A stretch of DNA of 61,481 nucleotides from a virus. Taxonomy: Duplodnaviria > Caudoviricetes. Position 1 is the first letter of the stretch, and the number at the start of each line of letters is the position of its first letter. The notes under the pieces were generated by a model, which worked only from the letters and a program-made list of their open reading frames with translations, was not told the DNA's origin and searched no databases. The stretch covers positions 1 to 61,481 of IMG/VR virus record IMGVR_UViG_3300040781_000188; one strand, written 5' to 3'. This document shows, piece after piece, positions 1-9,804 of this stretch. Position numbers and translations under genes: made by a program.

Positions 1-102
1 ACTAGAGATAATGAAAAATTTTCTTGGATATATGATGATTATAAATATGTAGATGATAATTACGGAACTAATTTAGTTGAGTATTATAATTTATCAAAAT
101 AA
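1..102 (+). CDS. 3' end of an upstream gene (partial)
   Basis: Open frame TRDNEKFSWIYDDYKY...LSK ending TAA at 100-102. Confidence 0.55.
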   Translation, partial: TRDNEKFSWIYDDYKYVDDNYGTNLVEYYNLSK

Positions 103-163
103 AAATGAATCATCCACGAAGGTATTATATATTCAAGTAAAATGTTAGAATTAGGAGAATAAA

Positions 164-1081
164 ATGAATCCAAGTGAAATTTGCGCTAAGAGGAAAGGAA
201 CAAATACTGGGAACACTAGCATATTCTTTTTAACAGAACACTGCAATTTAGATTGTGAATATTGTTATGAATCAAAATGTCGTAAAGATCTTAAAACTCA
301 AAAAGATGCAACAGAACAAGAAATTGTTTCTTTCTTAACTAATCTTAAAGAACAAGAACCAGACACAGCTTCTATTATTAGGTTACTTGGTGGAGAACCT
401 TTACTCCGAATGGATTTAGTCGAATTTTTTATCCGTTCTTGTCATGAAATTAAACCTACTGATCATGTAGAAGGTCATTATACAAAACATGGATTTGCTA
501 TTAATTTAATCACTAATGGAACAGTACTATCTGATCCGAAAAAATTAGATCAATTCGAACAAATCTTGTCTCTCATAGAAGAATATAAAATTGGGTTTGC
601 TTTGGATGTTAGTTATGATGGATCAGGAAATCATCGACGTGTATTTAATAATTCCAGATTACCATCTACAGACACAGTTCTTAAAGTTTTAGATTCTCTT
701 CAAGAACGAAGTATTCAATTTGGTGTTAGTTATGCTGTTCACAAAGATAACCATCTAATGACTGTTGAAGATTTTGTATGGTTATGTGAGCGATATAAAG
801 AGTCGATGAGAAATATTAAGATTAATTATGTCTATAAGGAATTGGCCGAAATCTATGGCGGAGAATTTATAACTACTAATTTTCATCGTAACGCTCTTCG
901 TCCTTATGCCCAGTCGATGTTTAAGAAATATGGCATCCCAGTTTGTTCCGGAGTAATTTGTGATGTTTGTGGTAAATGTGAATATGTTGAATCTACTTGG
1001 ACTATAGGTGTTCCTGGTGGGCAAATTTTTGAAAATGAATCGGTTGAAATTCAAGAATGGGATTATTTTAAGTCTAAATAA
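164..1081 (+). CDS. Radical SAM protein
   Basis: CxxxCxxC (HCNLDCEYC), GGEPLL, ITNGT and SYDG motifs; SD GGAG upstream. Confidence 0.9.
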   Translation: MNPSEICAKRKGTNTGNTSIFFLTEHCNLDCEYCYESKCRKDLKTQKDATEQEIVSFLTNLKEQEPDTASIIRLLGGEPLLRMDLVEFFIRSCHEIKPTDHVEGHYTKHGFAINLITNGTVLSDPKKLDQFEQILSLIEEYKIGFALDVSYDGSGNHRRVFNNSRLPSTDTVLKVLDSLQERSIQFGVSYAVHKDNHLMTVEDFVWLCERYKESMRNIKINYVYKELAEIYGGEFITTNFHRNALRPYAQSMFKKYGIPVCSGVICDVCGKCEYVESTWTIGVPGGQIFENESVEIQEWDYFKSK

Positions 1082-1095
1082 TTTAGGATAATAAA

Positions 1096-1830
1096 ATGGC
1101 TTTATATGATTACGAATTCTCAATATCAGATGACTTTACAAGTTTACCAACAGTCAATGATTTAAATATCACAATATTACAGCAACAGATAGATACAGAA
1201 AATTCAATAACTCCTCCCGTACATCATATATTAGCTAATATTGACGATGATAATTGTCTTATCTATTTCGAAACAGAATTAACATCAGAAGAAGAAGATG
1301 TATTAGCAGGAATAATAGCTAATCATACAGGATTGTTTGAGGACGGCACAGATCCTGATGATGTCCAAGAGGAAGATGGTGGCCCTGCGGATATTAATTT
1401 TGTTTTTGCAGATAGTGCAAACGACTATCATTTGAAGTTTAGTTCTTCGAGTTTTAGAATTGGTTGTCAATTTATATTTAGTGGTAAGAATCAAGGAATG
1501 CCCTCAGGTGTTAAATTAATAGCTGAAGGTGATGGGTGTATTAGACTTTATGATAAGACTAATAATAATATAATATTTGAATGGCATAATAAAGATTTTG
1601 GTAATGATTTTAATATATGGTCAAAAGCACCATTAGATTCGAATTTATTACCATCAAACGAAGCTATCTTTGAATTACAAGCAAAGAAAGATGGTAGTGA
1701 TAATGTTTATATATCTTGTTTTCAGTTAACATATTCGCCTTCAATAACTGATAATGAACCACCAGATCAATCTGGTTCTTGTTGTTGTTCTGAGGGCGGA
1801 AGCGATGATGGTGGCGATGATGACGATTAA
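1096..1830 (+). CDS. Acidic hypothetical protein, possibly virion-associated
   Basis: 244-aa ORF with SD; Asp/Glu-rich; no recognised motif. Confidence 0.6.
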   Translation: MALYDYEFSISDDFTSLPTVNDLNITILQQQIDTENSITPPVHHILANIDDDNCLIYFETELTSEEEDVLAGIIANHTGLFEDGTDPDDVQEEDGGPADINFVFADSANDYHLKFSSSSFRIGCQFIFSGKNQGMPSGVKLIAEGDGCIRLYDKTNNNIIFEWHNKDFGNDFNIWSKAPLDSNLLPSNEAIFELQAKKDGSDNVYISCFQLTYSPSITDNEPPDQSGSCCCSEGGSDDGGDDDD

Positions 1831-1841
1831 CGGAGATAAGT

Positions 1842-2759
1842 ATGATAACACTCAATAAGTATAGAATTTGGTGTGAAACAGAGCAGATGTACTACGAGAC
1901 ATGGGGAGAAACAAGCCCTCCTGCTTGTCCTAATAATTCAGGTCATACGATAGATTCAACTAAAACAACTATTGTTAATAGTTTAACTGAAGAAGAATTA
2001 AGAGATATCTCTGGTAAATTAAGAGTCCAACAGTCATCTAGGCCTATTGGTACTAAAATACATTTTACTGGAAAAGGGGATCATCCAGAATATGTATCTG
2101 ATGTTGGTGGCGGACAAGCTATGAAGTTTGATCACCATATAGGAGATTCACTTACTCAAATTATGTATGTAGATTTTAACTTTGTAGAGAATAGAAGTTT
2201 TATTCACGAAGGTTATGTTACTTGGACTGGATGTAAATTTGACACTATATCATTAGAAATAGTACCGACTGTTACACCTACTATTCCGGCAACAAATACT
2301 CCTTATTTTGTTAATCCTGCTATGCCTCATATTGTATTACCAAAAGAACTTGCTGGTGGACTTAGTAATGTTGATATTACTAGTGATCTTACTCAACCTA
2401 GAGGTGGTTTGATTTATATGCCACAGGCAGGTGACGTTCAATTTGGTCGTCCTCCAGCTTATTGGAATGCAGATTATAATAAAACTACTCATCTTTATGA
2501 AAATATTAGCCCAGCTCCCGGTGGAGATGGTAGGTATAATATATTCACTGTTGAATTTGCTATGTCTGTATTTGCTAACGAACTAATTCTTATGGGTGAG
2601 AATGCCTTGCTTCTTAAAACATCAGACACTGAAGAATTAGGACATGGAATGAGAGTAAGAATAACTGCTAACACTCATGTTAATATAGATGATAACGAAC
2701 CCGATCATGACTGGGGCGCCGGATGCATGCTAACTATGCATAGGACAAGAAGCATATAG
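1842..2759 (+). CDS. Hypothetical protein with N-terminal Cys/His module (YRIWCETEQ...CPNNSGHTID)
   Basis: 305-aa ORF with SD GGAG; module shared with 24516..25559. Confidence 0.65.
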   Translation: MITLNKYRIWCETEQMYYETWGETSPPACPNNSGHTIDSTKTTIVNSLTEEELRDISGKLRVQQSSRPIGTKIHFTGKGDHPEYVSDVGGGQAMKFDHHIGDSLTQIMYVDFNFVENRSFIHEGYVTWTGCKFDTISLEIVPTVTPTIPATNTPYFVNPAMPHIVLPKELAGGLSNVDITSDLTQPRGGLIYMPQAGDVQFGRPPAYWNADYNKTTHLYENISPAPGGDGRYNIFTVEFAMSVFANELILMGENALLLKTSDTEELGHGMRVRITANTHVNIDDNEPDHDWGAGCMLTMHRTRSI

Positions 2760-2770
2760 GAGCAATTATT

Positions 2771-3442
2771 ATGTCGAGTTTATTAGACAACTTTTCTAGA
2801 TATGCTCATGATAAACTATGGTGGAAACTATTAGTTAGATTTATAGGTGATATTAGAGTGTATTGGGGTGGAATGGTTTTATGGGGAGGGTCGTCCTATA
2901 AAATCAAAGGTCCTGATATGAGGTCAATTTTAGATACATTGGTTCCTGGTGATGTATTATTGCGAGTATATAATCATTATATTGGTAGTATATTTGTACC
3001 TGGTTATTGGTCTCATGCTGCTATCTATGTAGGAGACAATAGTGTTATACATATGCTTGGTCATGGTATATGTAAAGAAGACATTCTTACATTTATGCGT
3101 TGTGATGGTATCGCTATTCTTCGATGTACTAAACCAGAATTAATTGGTCCGGCCATTGCTAAAGCGGAAGAATATTTATCAAAAGGAACGGATTATGATT
3201 ATGGTTTTATTCGCGGGGATACAAATCTTTATTGTTCTGAATTAATATACCAAATATTTGATCAACCAGAAGAAGTAAAATTTGATAAATATATATTGCC
3301 AGATGATCTTGCTTGCCAACTATTTGAAGTTATGTATATTAAAGACCATCCTAAATATTCTGTAAAATCAAAAGTTATAATTAAAGACGAACAAGGGGAT
3401 TTAGTTATTGATGTAGAAGAAATAGAAGATGAAGCAAAATAA
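2771..3442 (+). CDS. Permuted papain-like (YiiX/YebB, NlpC/P60) amidase
   Basis: PGDVLL, YWSHAAIYVG, YDY, LYCSELI: His before Cys as in the permuted fold. Confidence 0.85.
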   Translation: MSSLLDNFSRYAHDKLWWKLLVRFIGDIRVYWGGMVLWGGSSYKIKGPDMRSILDTLVPGDVLLRVYNHYIGSIFVPGYWSHAAIYVGDNSVIHMLGHGICKEDILTFMRCDGIAILRCTKPELIGPAIAKAEEYLSKGTDYDYGFIRGDTNLYCSELIYQIFDQPEEVKFDKYILPDDLACQLFEVMYIKDHPKYSVKSKVIIKDEQGDLVIDVEEIEDEAK

Positions 3443-3492
3443 ACCTTTAAGAATTGATCGAGGCCGTATGTGGCTTGGAACGAGGATATAAT

Positions 3493-4077
3493 ATGGCAGA
3501 TTTTGAACGTTCGTTTCTAGCAACTATGGGTCATGAGGGTAAATATTCAAATGATCCGGATGATGCTGGTAAAGAAACTTATAGAGGTATTTCTAGAGTA
3601 TATCATCCAAATTGGGTAGGGTGGCGGCTTATTGATGGACTTAAAAGATCTCCTAATTTCCCAAAGAATCTAGAAAGAGAAAAAGCACTACAAGATTTAG
3701 TTCGCGATTTTTATAAATTAGTTTTTTGGGATAGATTTCAAGGAGACAAGATTCCAGATCAAGAACTTGCCGATGAGATGTTTGATACCGGAGTTAATAT
3801 GAATGTGACTCGGGCTGTCAAGTTTCTCCAGAGAAGTTTAAATTACTTAAACAGAAATTCAAAATTATTTCCAGATATGGTTGATGATGGAGTACTAGGA
3901 CCTACTACTCTAAAATGTTTAGATATTTATATGAAAAATGATCGTATTGATTTATTACTTAAAATGATGAATGTATTACAAGCCCAACATTATATGAATT
4001 ATATGAGTAAGAGTCCAACTCAAGAAAAATATTGTCGCGGGTGGTTTAAAAGGGTTACATTTAAAGTTAACCATTAA
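3493..4077 (+). CDS. Glycoside hydrolase family 108 lysozyme/endolysin with C-terminal peptidoglycan-binding domain
   Basis: HEGKYSNDPDDAGKETYRGI, FDTGVNM, DDGVLGPTT, GWFKRV; start moved to ATG 3493 after GAGGA. Confidence 0.9.
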   Translation: MADFERSFLATMGHEGKYSNDPDDAGKETYRGISRVYHPNWVGWRLIDGLKRSPNFPKNLEREKALQDLVRDFYKLVFWDRFQGDKIPDQELADEMFDTGVNMNVTRAVKFLQRSLNYLNRNSKLFPDMVDDGVLGPTTLKCLDIYMKNDRIDLLLKMMNVLQAQHYMNYMSKSPTQEKYCRGWFKRVTFKVNH

Positions 4078-4088
4078 GGATATTTATT

Positions 4089-4457
4089 ATGGAGAAGAAA
4101 GAAGTCACTGTCATTAGAGAAAGAAGAAAACATAAAAGATCGAAAAAAGTAATTAAGTTTAGAATTACGCCTGAAGAGCAACAAGATATAGTTGGCGAAA
4201 CTAACGATCTTAGTTGTGTAGGTGCTAATTGTAAAATGAACAGTTATGTACCAGAGATGACAAAGTTAGAATTGACTCTTTCCCTTCCTGATGGTGAAGA
4301 ATCTTTTGAAGGTATTGTTGTGCGATGTGATAAAGTCAAAGAAGATGAATATGATACAGCTATATATTTTAGTCAAATTAGTAATGATATAAGAAAGAAA
4401 ATTAATGACTTTATTGATCCAAATTCCGAAGAACAAGAATTTAAAATTGATGGTTAA
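4089..4457 (+). CDS. PilZ domain protein 1
   Basis: RxxxR (ERRKHKR) plus DxSxxG (DLSCVG), GIVVRC. Confidence 0.85.
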   Translation: MEKKEVTVIRERRKHKRSKKVIKFRITPEEQQDIVGETNDLSCVGANCKMNSYVPEMTKLELTLSLPDGEESFEGIVVRCDKVKEDEYDTAIYFSQISNDIRKKINDFIDPNSEEQEFKIDG

Positions 4458-4483
4458 ACAACATTATCAAAGGAGTAAATGTT

Positions 4484-4963
4484 ATGGCTAAATTTCGTTT
4501 AAGAATTCTGGAGAAGTTTGATGTTTGGGCTGATGCCGCTACTGCTTTATCTAATATCACCACAGTCCCTAAGTATGTTGTCATCAAGAAACCAACCCCA
4601 AAAATTGTTGAATATTGGGTTTGTGTACCAATGGTTGGTGATCAATTTGACTATGTTCAGGATCAACTTTTCAATGTAGAGTCCGAACTTAAAGGTCAGG
4701 TCGCGGATCTTGACGCTGCTGTTGCAGATAGAGCCAATATTGTTGATGGGCTTATTCTTGAAATGTCTAATCTTGATGGAACAGTTGATGTTTATACTGA
4801 TGATGATTCGTATGAAAATAATATGGGAACTGATGGTGCTCATCGGGCAACTGAAGGATGGACTCCTGCTAATCAAATCAAACCTTCTGGTCAAGCATTT
4901 AATGATTCCCAGTTGGGTGTTGAAGGTGCCGATTCTAAAGGGTTTGGTAATACTTTAAATTAA
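4484..4963 (+). CDS. Hypothetical protein
   Basis: 159-aa ORF with strong SD AAGGAG. Confidence 0.7.
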   Translation: MAKFRLRILEKFDVWADAATALSNITTVPKYVVIKKPTPKIVEYWVCVPMVGDQFDYVQDQLFNVESELKGQVADLDAAVADRANIVDGLILEMSNLDGTVDVYTDDDSYENNMGTDGAHRATEGWTPANQIKPSGQAFNDSQLGVEGADSKGFGNTLN

Positions 4964-4978
4964 TTGTTTGTTGGAGAT

Positions 4979-5004
4979 TTCCCCCTGTGATTAAGCAGGG
5001 GGAA
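4979..5004 (+). promoter_or_regulatory. Hairpin covering the RBS of the next gene (or weak terminator)
   Basis: TTCCCCCTG / CAGGGGGAA inverted repeat, no U-tract, ending just before ATG 5014. Confidence 0.5.
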
Positions 5005-5013
5005 TACCATAAT

Positions 5014-5226
5014 ATGATAGAAAAGAAGAAATATGTTGGACCAGATAGAAGAGATAGTCTGGTCGATCGACGCCATTATGGATTATATGGTAAATATTTA
5101 CAATGGTTATTTAGAAAGAAAAAAAGATTTTATATATTGATTTGGTTGTCTGGTATTGGTTGGGCGTATATATTTATTGAAATCGGAATTTGGTTAGAAA
5201 GACATGGGATAACCCGCGCATGGTAA
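5014..5226 (+). CDS. Small membrane protein with DRR repeat (YVGPDRRDSLVDRR)
   Basis: DRR motifs followed by one hydrophobic helix; start moved to ATG 5014. Confidence 0.65.
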   Translation: MIEKKKYVGPDRRDSLVDRRHYGLYGKYLQWLFRKKKRFYILIWLSGIGWAYIFIEIGIWLERHGITRAW

Positions 5227-5522
5227 CCGACAATAGACAATTCTTAAGATTAAATAAGTCCGTTGATTTATTAATAAATGATTCTGTACCTGGATGGACT
5301 AATAATCTAAGTTTAGGTGGAATATCCGCTTTTATTAAAAATGATGTGCCATTATTTAAAGAGTTAAGTCTATCCTTAAAATTACCTAGTGGAAATGCTG
5401 TTCTTATAGGTCAATGTTTACGTTTAAGCAAACTAGAAGATGAACTTTATAATGTTGCTATAAGTTTTGAAAATTTACCAAAACGTGTAAGATCTGCGAT
5501 GATAGACTTTATTAATTCCTGA
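5220..5522 (+). CDS. PilZ domain protein 2
   Basis: RQFLR plus NLSLGG; ATG 5220. Confidence 0.8.
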   Translation: MVTDNRQFLRLNKSVDLLINDSVPGWTNNLSLGGISAFIKNDVPLFKELSLSLKLPSGNAVLIGQCLRLSKLEDELYNVAISFENLPKRVRSAMIDFINS

Positions 5523-5534
5523 TAAGTGATTGCT

Positions 5535-5876
5535 ATGAACTCACATTTAGGTAACAGACAATATGAACGAGCTACACATCCTGTTCGATTATCTATAAAT
5601 AAACATATATTAGGATCAACTTTAAATATTAGTATTGGTGGAGCATTTGCTATTGTTAATAAAGAAGTACCAGAGATGGATGAACTTGATATTATTTTAG
5701 AATTACCAGATGGAGACTTTGAAGTTAAAGGTACATGTTTAAGGTCTTCTAGTATGGGAGAAGCTTCGTATCATATCGCTTTATTATTTCAAATAGAGAC
5801 TGAAAATGAAGATAATATATTAAGATTAGCTCGATTTATTAATTGCCAGGAGATGCGTTGCCGGGAGATGCGATAA
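5535..5876 (+). CDS. PilZ domain protein 3
   Basis: RQYER plus NISIGG; ATG 5535. Confidence 0.85.
   Translation: MNSHLGNRQYERATHPVRLSINKHILGSTLNISIGGAFAIVNKEVPEMDELDIILELPDGDFEVKGTCLRSSSMGEASYHIALLFQIETENEDNILRLARFINCQEMRCREMR
5843..5872 (+). repeat. 15-bp tandem duplication
   Basis: TTGCCAGGAGATGCG TTGCCGGGAGATGCG, 1 mismatch. Confidence 0.85.
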
Positions 5877-6112
5877 TGATTTCATTACTCGAGAAAAAAG
5901 TTATTAAAGTAGAAAACACTCCTAATTGGCAAGTACATGATTTCAAGAATCCACCGAATAAGGATATTGCAAAAGATTCTAGAGGGAAACCAATATTTCG
6001 TCGATTCCATCCAAAAGGACGACCAGACCGTTTAATAACCGTCGCGATTAAAAAGAATCCAGGCCCTGCAGGAGGGAAGACGGAAGTCACTTCTGTTTGG
6101 AAGAAAAAATAA
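5876..6112 (+). CDS. Small basic protein with N-terminal tag (MISLLE), putative internal head protein
   Basis: TAATG coupling to the previous gene; shares VENTP...KD..G.PI with 9804..10283. Confidence 0.7.
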   Translation: MISLLEKKVIKVENTPNWQVHDFKNPPNKDIAKDSRGKPIFRRFHPKGRPDRLITVAIKKNPGPAGGKTEVTSVWKKK

Positions 6113-6125
6113 ATAGGAGTAATGG

Positions 6126-6443
6126 ATGATTGACGACAGAAGATTTTATTCTAGAGGAATTATTGAACTAGATATTGCTGTTGGTCCTAGAGCCAAAGGT
6201 AAAACTGTTAATATATCTTTAGGTGGTATTCTTTGTAGGCTTGATACATTTATTCAATCTGATGTTTGTATGGATATTATAATTACTAAGAACGGAGATA
6301 CGATTGAAATGAGAGGGTACTGTAATCGTATCGAGAAAATAAAGAAAAGAGATTATTTAGCATCCATCGAATTTAGTAAAGATTGTATTAGTCCATTTAA
6401 TAAGAATAGACTCAAATTAGCTGAATATTTAAGAGGATATTAA
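6126..6443 (+). CDS. PilZ domain protein 4
   Basis: RFYSR plus NISLGG. Confidence 0.85.
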   Translation: MIDDRRFYSRGIIELDIAVGPRAKGKTVNISLGGILCRLDTFIQSDVCMDIIITKNGDTIEMRGYCNRIEKIKKRDYLASIEFSKDCISPFNKNRLKLAEYLRGY

Positions 6444-6445
6444 AT

Positions 6446-7159
6446 ATGATATCTGTGACTAGAATATATGAAACTTTAGAATTAATGGAACTCGAAGATT
6501 ATATCGAGAATTTAACTGTTGCTTGTTGTGAAACATATCAAGATGAATTTGTTGACGCTGCGGTAAAATATTTAGAAGAAGATGATCATTCTATTTTAGA
6601 TGTTTATTTTGAAAGTCATTCCGAAGTATTAAACGAGCTTAAAGTTAATATTTCAAAAGAGGATGTGGAAGCTGCTAAAAAACATGTTAAAGAAAAATTA
6701 AAAGAATCTGCTAAACAACCAGTTAAGAAATCTCTTATTAGAAAATTAACTAGTAAAATGTATAAGAATAGAGTTGGGCGTGCTATTGTTAAAGGTATCC
6801 GTAAAGCGGGATATGGTACTAAACTTGGTCGAAAAGTTATGGGTAAATATGCGGATGTAAAACAAGCTATGGCTAAAGGTCATAGTGAAATGGGTAAGAA
6901 ATTTACAAAATCAGCAGGACAGTATGGGGCTATGGCTAAAGGTCTTGAAAGAGATGTTATAGGTAATGCATTATATGGAGATACAGCTAAAAATGCAAGA
7001 GATTCTTTTGTGAAAGCTGCCGGTGCTGCAGGACAACGTGCTAGGAGTTCAATGAAAGCAGCAAATCAAACTAAACGTAATTTGAAGATGACAGGTAAAA
7101 GAGAACCAAAAGTTAAATTTTCTATGCCTAAACAAAGAGCTTTACCTCATCCCGCATAA
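6446..7159 (+). CDS. Tagged (MISVTRIYE) protein with acidic N-terminus and basic C-terminus, putative internal head protein
   Basis: Charge switch at VLNE-LKV; Lys/Ala-rich tail. Confidence 0.65.
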   Translation: MISVTRIYETLELMELEDYIENLTVACCETYQDEFVDAAVKYLEEDDHSILDVYFESHSEVLNELKVNISKEDVEAAKKHVKEKLKESAKQPVKKSLIRKLTSKMYKNRVGRAIVKGIRKAGYGTKLGRKVMGKYADVKQAMAKGHSEMGKKFTKSAGQYGAMAKGLERDVIGNALYGDTAKNARDSFVKAAGAAGQRARSSMKAANQTKRNLKMTGKREPKVKFSMPKQRALPHPA

Positions 7160-7174
7160 TCCTGGTAGGTGATA

Positions 7175-7564
7175 ATGCCAAAGAAAAGAATATATTATAA
7201 AGGTAAAAAAGTATCTAAAGGTGAAAAGAAAATAATTGATCATTTACTTAAAAGAGAAATTTCTTTTGAACAAGAGAAGACGTTTGATGATTGTAAAACT
7301 AGGAACAATAGAAAACATCTTCGGTTTGATTTCTTTTTGCCGACATTTAAAGTTCTTATTGAATTTGATGGCGAACATCATTATGGTCCTGTTAATAAAC
7401 ATGCTCGTGCTAAATACGTCCATGAACGTACAGTAATAAATGATCAAATAAAAAATAATTATGTAACAACGACAGGATACGGTTTATTACGGATACCGTA
7501 TTGGGAATATGATAAAATAGAAGAGATAATAGACGAGATGATATCAAATCTAGGAAATAAATAA
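7175..7564 (+). CDS. PD-(D/E)xK (Vsr/DUF559-like) endonuclease
   Basis: SKGEKKI, LRFDFFLP, LIEFDGEHH, LLRIPYW. Confidence 0.8.
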   Translation: MPKKRIYYKGKKVSKGEKKIIDHLLKREISFEQEKTFDDCKTRNNRKHLRFDFFLPTFKVLIEFDGEHHYGPVNKHARAKYVHERTVINDQIKNNYVTTTGYGLLRIPYWEYDKIEEIIDEMISNLGNK

Positions 7565-8625
7565 TGAACCCATCAAATATGGCAAGAAAAATTTTAATAT
7601 TAGATGATGAACAATCTATTGTTGATATTATATCTAAATATTTAATTAGGGTTGGTTATCAACCAATAGGGTTTATTAATGTTGAAAAAGCGTTAGAAAA
7701 ATTCGAACGAACAGAAGATATTTTTCTAGTGTTAACAGATATAGACATGCCAGATATTGACGGTATAACTGTACTTAAATCAATAAAATCGATAAGAATG
7801 GATGTGCAAGTAATTATTGTTTCTGGTGCAGGATCGTCGAATCAAATTGTTGAAGCTTTAAGATACGGGGCTTGTGATTATTTAATGAAGCCAGTTAATT
7901 TTGAATTACTTAATCATTCTATATCTAAATGCTTTGAACGATTTGATTATATTAAACATCGAGATGAATATGAAAAAAATCTCGAGGAACAAGTTAAAAG
8001 ACAAACAGAAAGTATATATTCCTTATTTAATGAATCAATTAAATCGTTGTCTAAAATAACAGCGTTACGAGATCCTTATACTGCTGGTCATCAAAAACGA
8101 GTAACCGATTTAGCTTTAGCTATTAGTCAGGAAATGAATTTAAGTGAAGATATCTGTCAAAGTATTAAAATAGCCGGTTTACTCCATGATGTTGGTAAGA
8201 TTTGTGTTCCAACAGAAATCCTTGTTAAACCTGCAAGATTGACAAAAAAAGAAATAGGATTAATGCAAGAGCATGTCACTGCTAGTTATAATATTGTAAA
8301 GAATATTCCTTTTCAAGATGTATTAAATCATGATGTTGCCGAAATAATACTACAACATCATGAACGTCTTGATGGATCAGGTTATCCTAGAAATCTTAAA
8401 GAAAATGAAATATATTTAGAAACAAAAATACTTTCTGTTTGTGATGTTATAGAATCTATGTCATTACATCGTCCTTATCGTCCCGCCTTAGGATTAAAAA
8501 AGACATTGGATGAAATAAGGAGAGGTTGTGGAACAGTTTATGATAATGATGTTTGTCAGACTGCTATAGCAATATTGGAACCTTATGGAGATAGTTTAAT
8601 GAACTATTTTAAGGGTGAATCATGA
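7564..8625 (+). CDS. Response regulator with HD-GYP cyclic-dinucleotide phosphodiesterase domain (RpfG-like)
   Basis: REC (ILDDE, LTDIDMP, KP) plus RDPYTAGHQKRV, LLHDVGK, HHERLDGSGYP, HRPYR. Confidence 0.95.
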   Translation: MNPSNMARKILILDDEQSIVDIISKYLIRVGYQPIGFINVEKALEKFERTEDIFLVLTDIDMPDIDGITVLKSIKSIRMDVQVIIVSGAGSSNQIVEALRYGACDYLMKPVNFELLNHSISKCFERFDYIKHRDEYEKNLEEQVKRQTESIYSLFNESIKSLSKITALRDPYTAGHQKRVTDLALAISQEMNLSEDICQSIKIAGLLHDVGKICVPTEILVKPARLTKKEIGLMQEHVTASYNIVKNIPFQDVLNHDVAEIILQHHERLDGSGYPRNLKENEIYLETKILSVCDVIESMSLHRPYRPALGLKKTLDEIRRGCGTVYDNDVCQTAIAILEPYGDSLMNYFKGES

Positions 8626-8858
8626 TTTCTCTAGTTGAGTATGAAGTGTTGCAATTCACAAAAAGAGCATATACTGATAAATATCCTGCTATATCGTTAC
8701 CACCAAACATTTCAGATAGAGCAGTCAAAGGAATGGCTTCTCATTTATTGAATATAATAAAACTTCGAGAAAAGAATAACAAACCTTCTGAAGTAGATGA
8801 TAGTCAGGATAAATTTGACGGAACAAATTCAAATTATGATGAAAAGACAAGTATTTAA
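8622..8858 (+). CDS. Small tagged protein (MISLVE)
   Basis: ATGA overlap with the HD-GYP stop. Confidence 0.65.
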   Translation: MISLVEYEVLQFTKRAYTDKYPAISLPPNISDRAVKGMASHLLNIIKLREKNNKPSEVDDSQDKFDGTNSNYDEKTSI

Positions 8859-8909
8859 TTAAAGAATATAATAATTGCCATAGTAGTGTATATGGTGTGG
8901 AGAAGACTA

Positions 8910-9266
8910 ATGAGATCAAAAATTATTTTTGGTTGTTTATTAATCTTTATTTCCTTTATTATTATGGGTGTAGGATTTTCTAAAGGAGATAATGTAACTC
9001 ATTATTCGAACTTCATAACAAAACAAATAAATCAATGTGCGGAACGTAGTCAAAATTTTTGTACTGCAGAAATGCCGAAGATAAAGAGAGAATCTGCAAT
9101 TGATTGTTTAAAGGCTTCTTATTTTTCTTTCCATAGAAAACAATTAATAGACATGATGGTTGAGTATAATATTGGAGTAGAAGAACACCAAATGAGCGTG
9201 TTCTTAAACGGAACGTTCTTTGAAATCCTTAGAACAGCGATTGAAGACTATGATACCAATACATAA
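8910..9266 (+). CDS. Secreted or membrane-anchored hypothetical protein
   Basis: N-terminal hydrophobic segment MRSKIIFGCLLIFISFIIMGVG. Confidence 0.65.
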   Translation: MRSKIIFGCLLIFISFIIMGVGFSKGDNVTHYSNFITKQINQCAERSQNFCTAEMPKIKRESAIDCLKASYFSFHRKQLIDMMVEYNIGVEEHQMSVFLNGTFFEILRTAIEDYDTNT

Positions 9267-9804
9267 TCTTTTTGAACGAAAGTTCATAAGTGGTCCAGAT
9301 TATCAATATAATATGGATGCTTGGAATAATAATAAAACTAATATATTATTAGTGTTAGGTTTGAGTGGTAGTGGTAAGACGACAGATGGCATTTTATTAT
9401 CAAAGAAATATAATGTTGGTTATATCTCTTTGGATGAACTGTTTTATAACCCGATACATGATAAATTTAAAGAAAAAACAGGTCGTTATGCGGCGACAAT
9501 TGAAGAGATGTTAGATATAACTAAAAAGATTAATGTTGGTTTTAAAAAGATGTTACCTACTTTGAAAAAACGGTTTGTTATAGAAGGACTATGGCCGTTA
9601 TTTATGGATCCGAAAGAACTAAAAAATTATTCTATAATAATCAAAGGAACATCTAATTTAAAGTCATCATATCAAGTAAAATCAAGGTCTGATCATCTTA
9701 ATTTGAAAAAATCAGTAGAACGATTTTTATGGACCGCTAATTTTAATAGGCACGTTGATACTCGTATTAAAATGTTTATTCGATATTTTGAAGGATTGAA
9801 ATAA
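9250..9804 (+). CDS. Tagged (MIPIHNLFE) P-loop nucleotide kinase-like protein
   Basis: Walker A GLSGSGKTT, ISLDEL, FVIEG; start moved to ATG 9250. Confidence 0.75.
   Translation: MIPIHNLFERKFISGPDYQYNMDAWNNNKTNILLVLGLSGSGKTTDGILLSKKYNVGYISLDELFYNPIHDKFKEKTGRYAATIEEMLDITKKINVGFKKMLPTLKKRFVIEGLWPLFMDPKELKNYSIIIKGTSNLKSSYQVKSRSDHLNLKKSVERFLWTANFNRHVDTRIKMFIRYFEGLK

Noticed and set aside
7175-7564. Endonuclease as the homing partner of the terL intron
   Set aside because: 48 kb away with no sequence evidence linking the two
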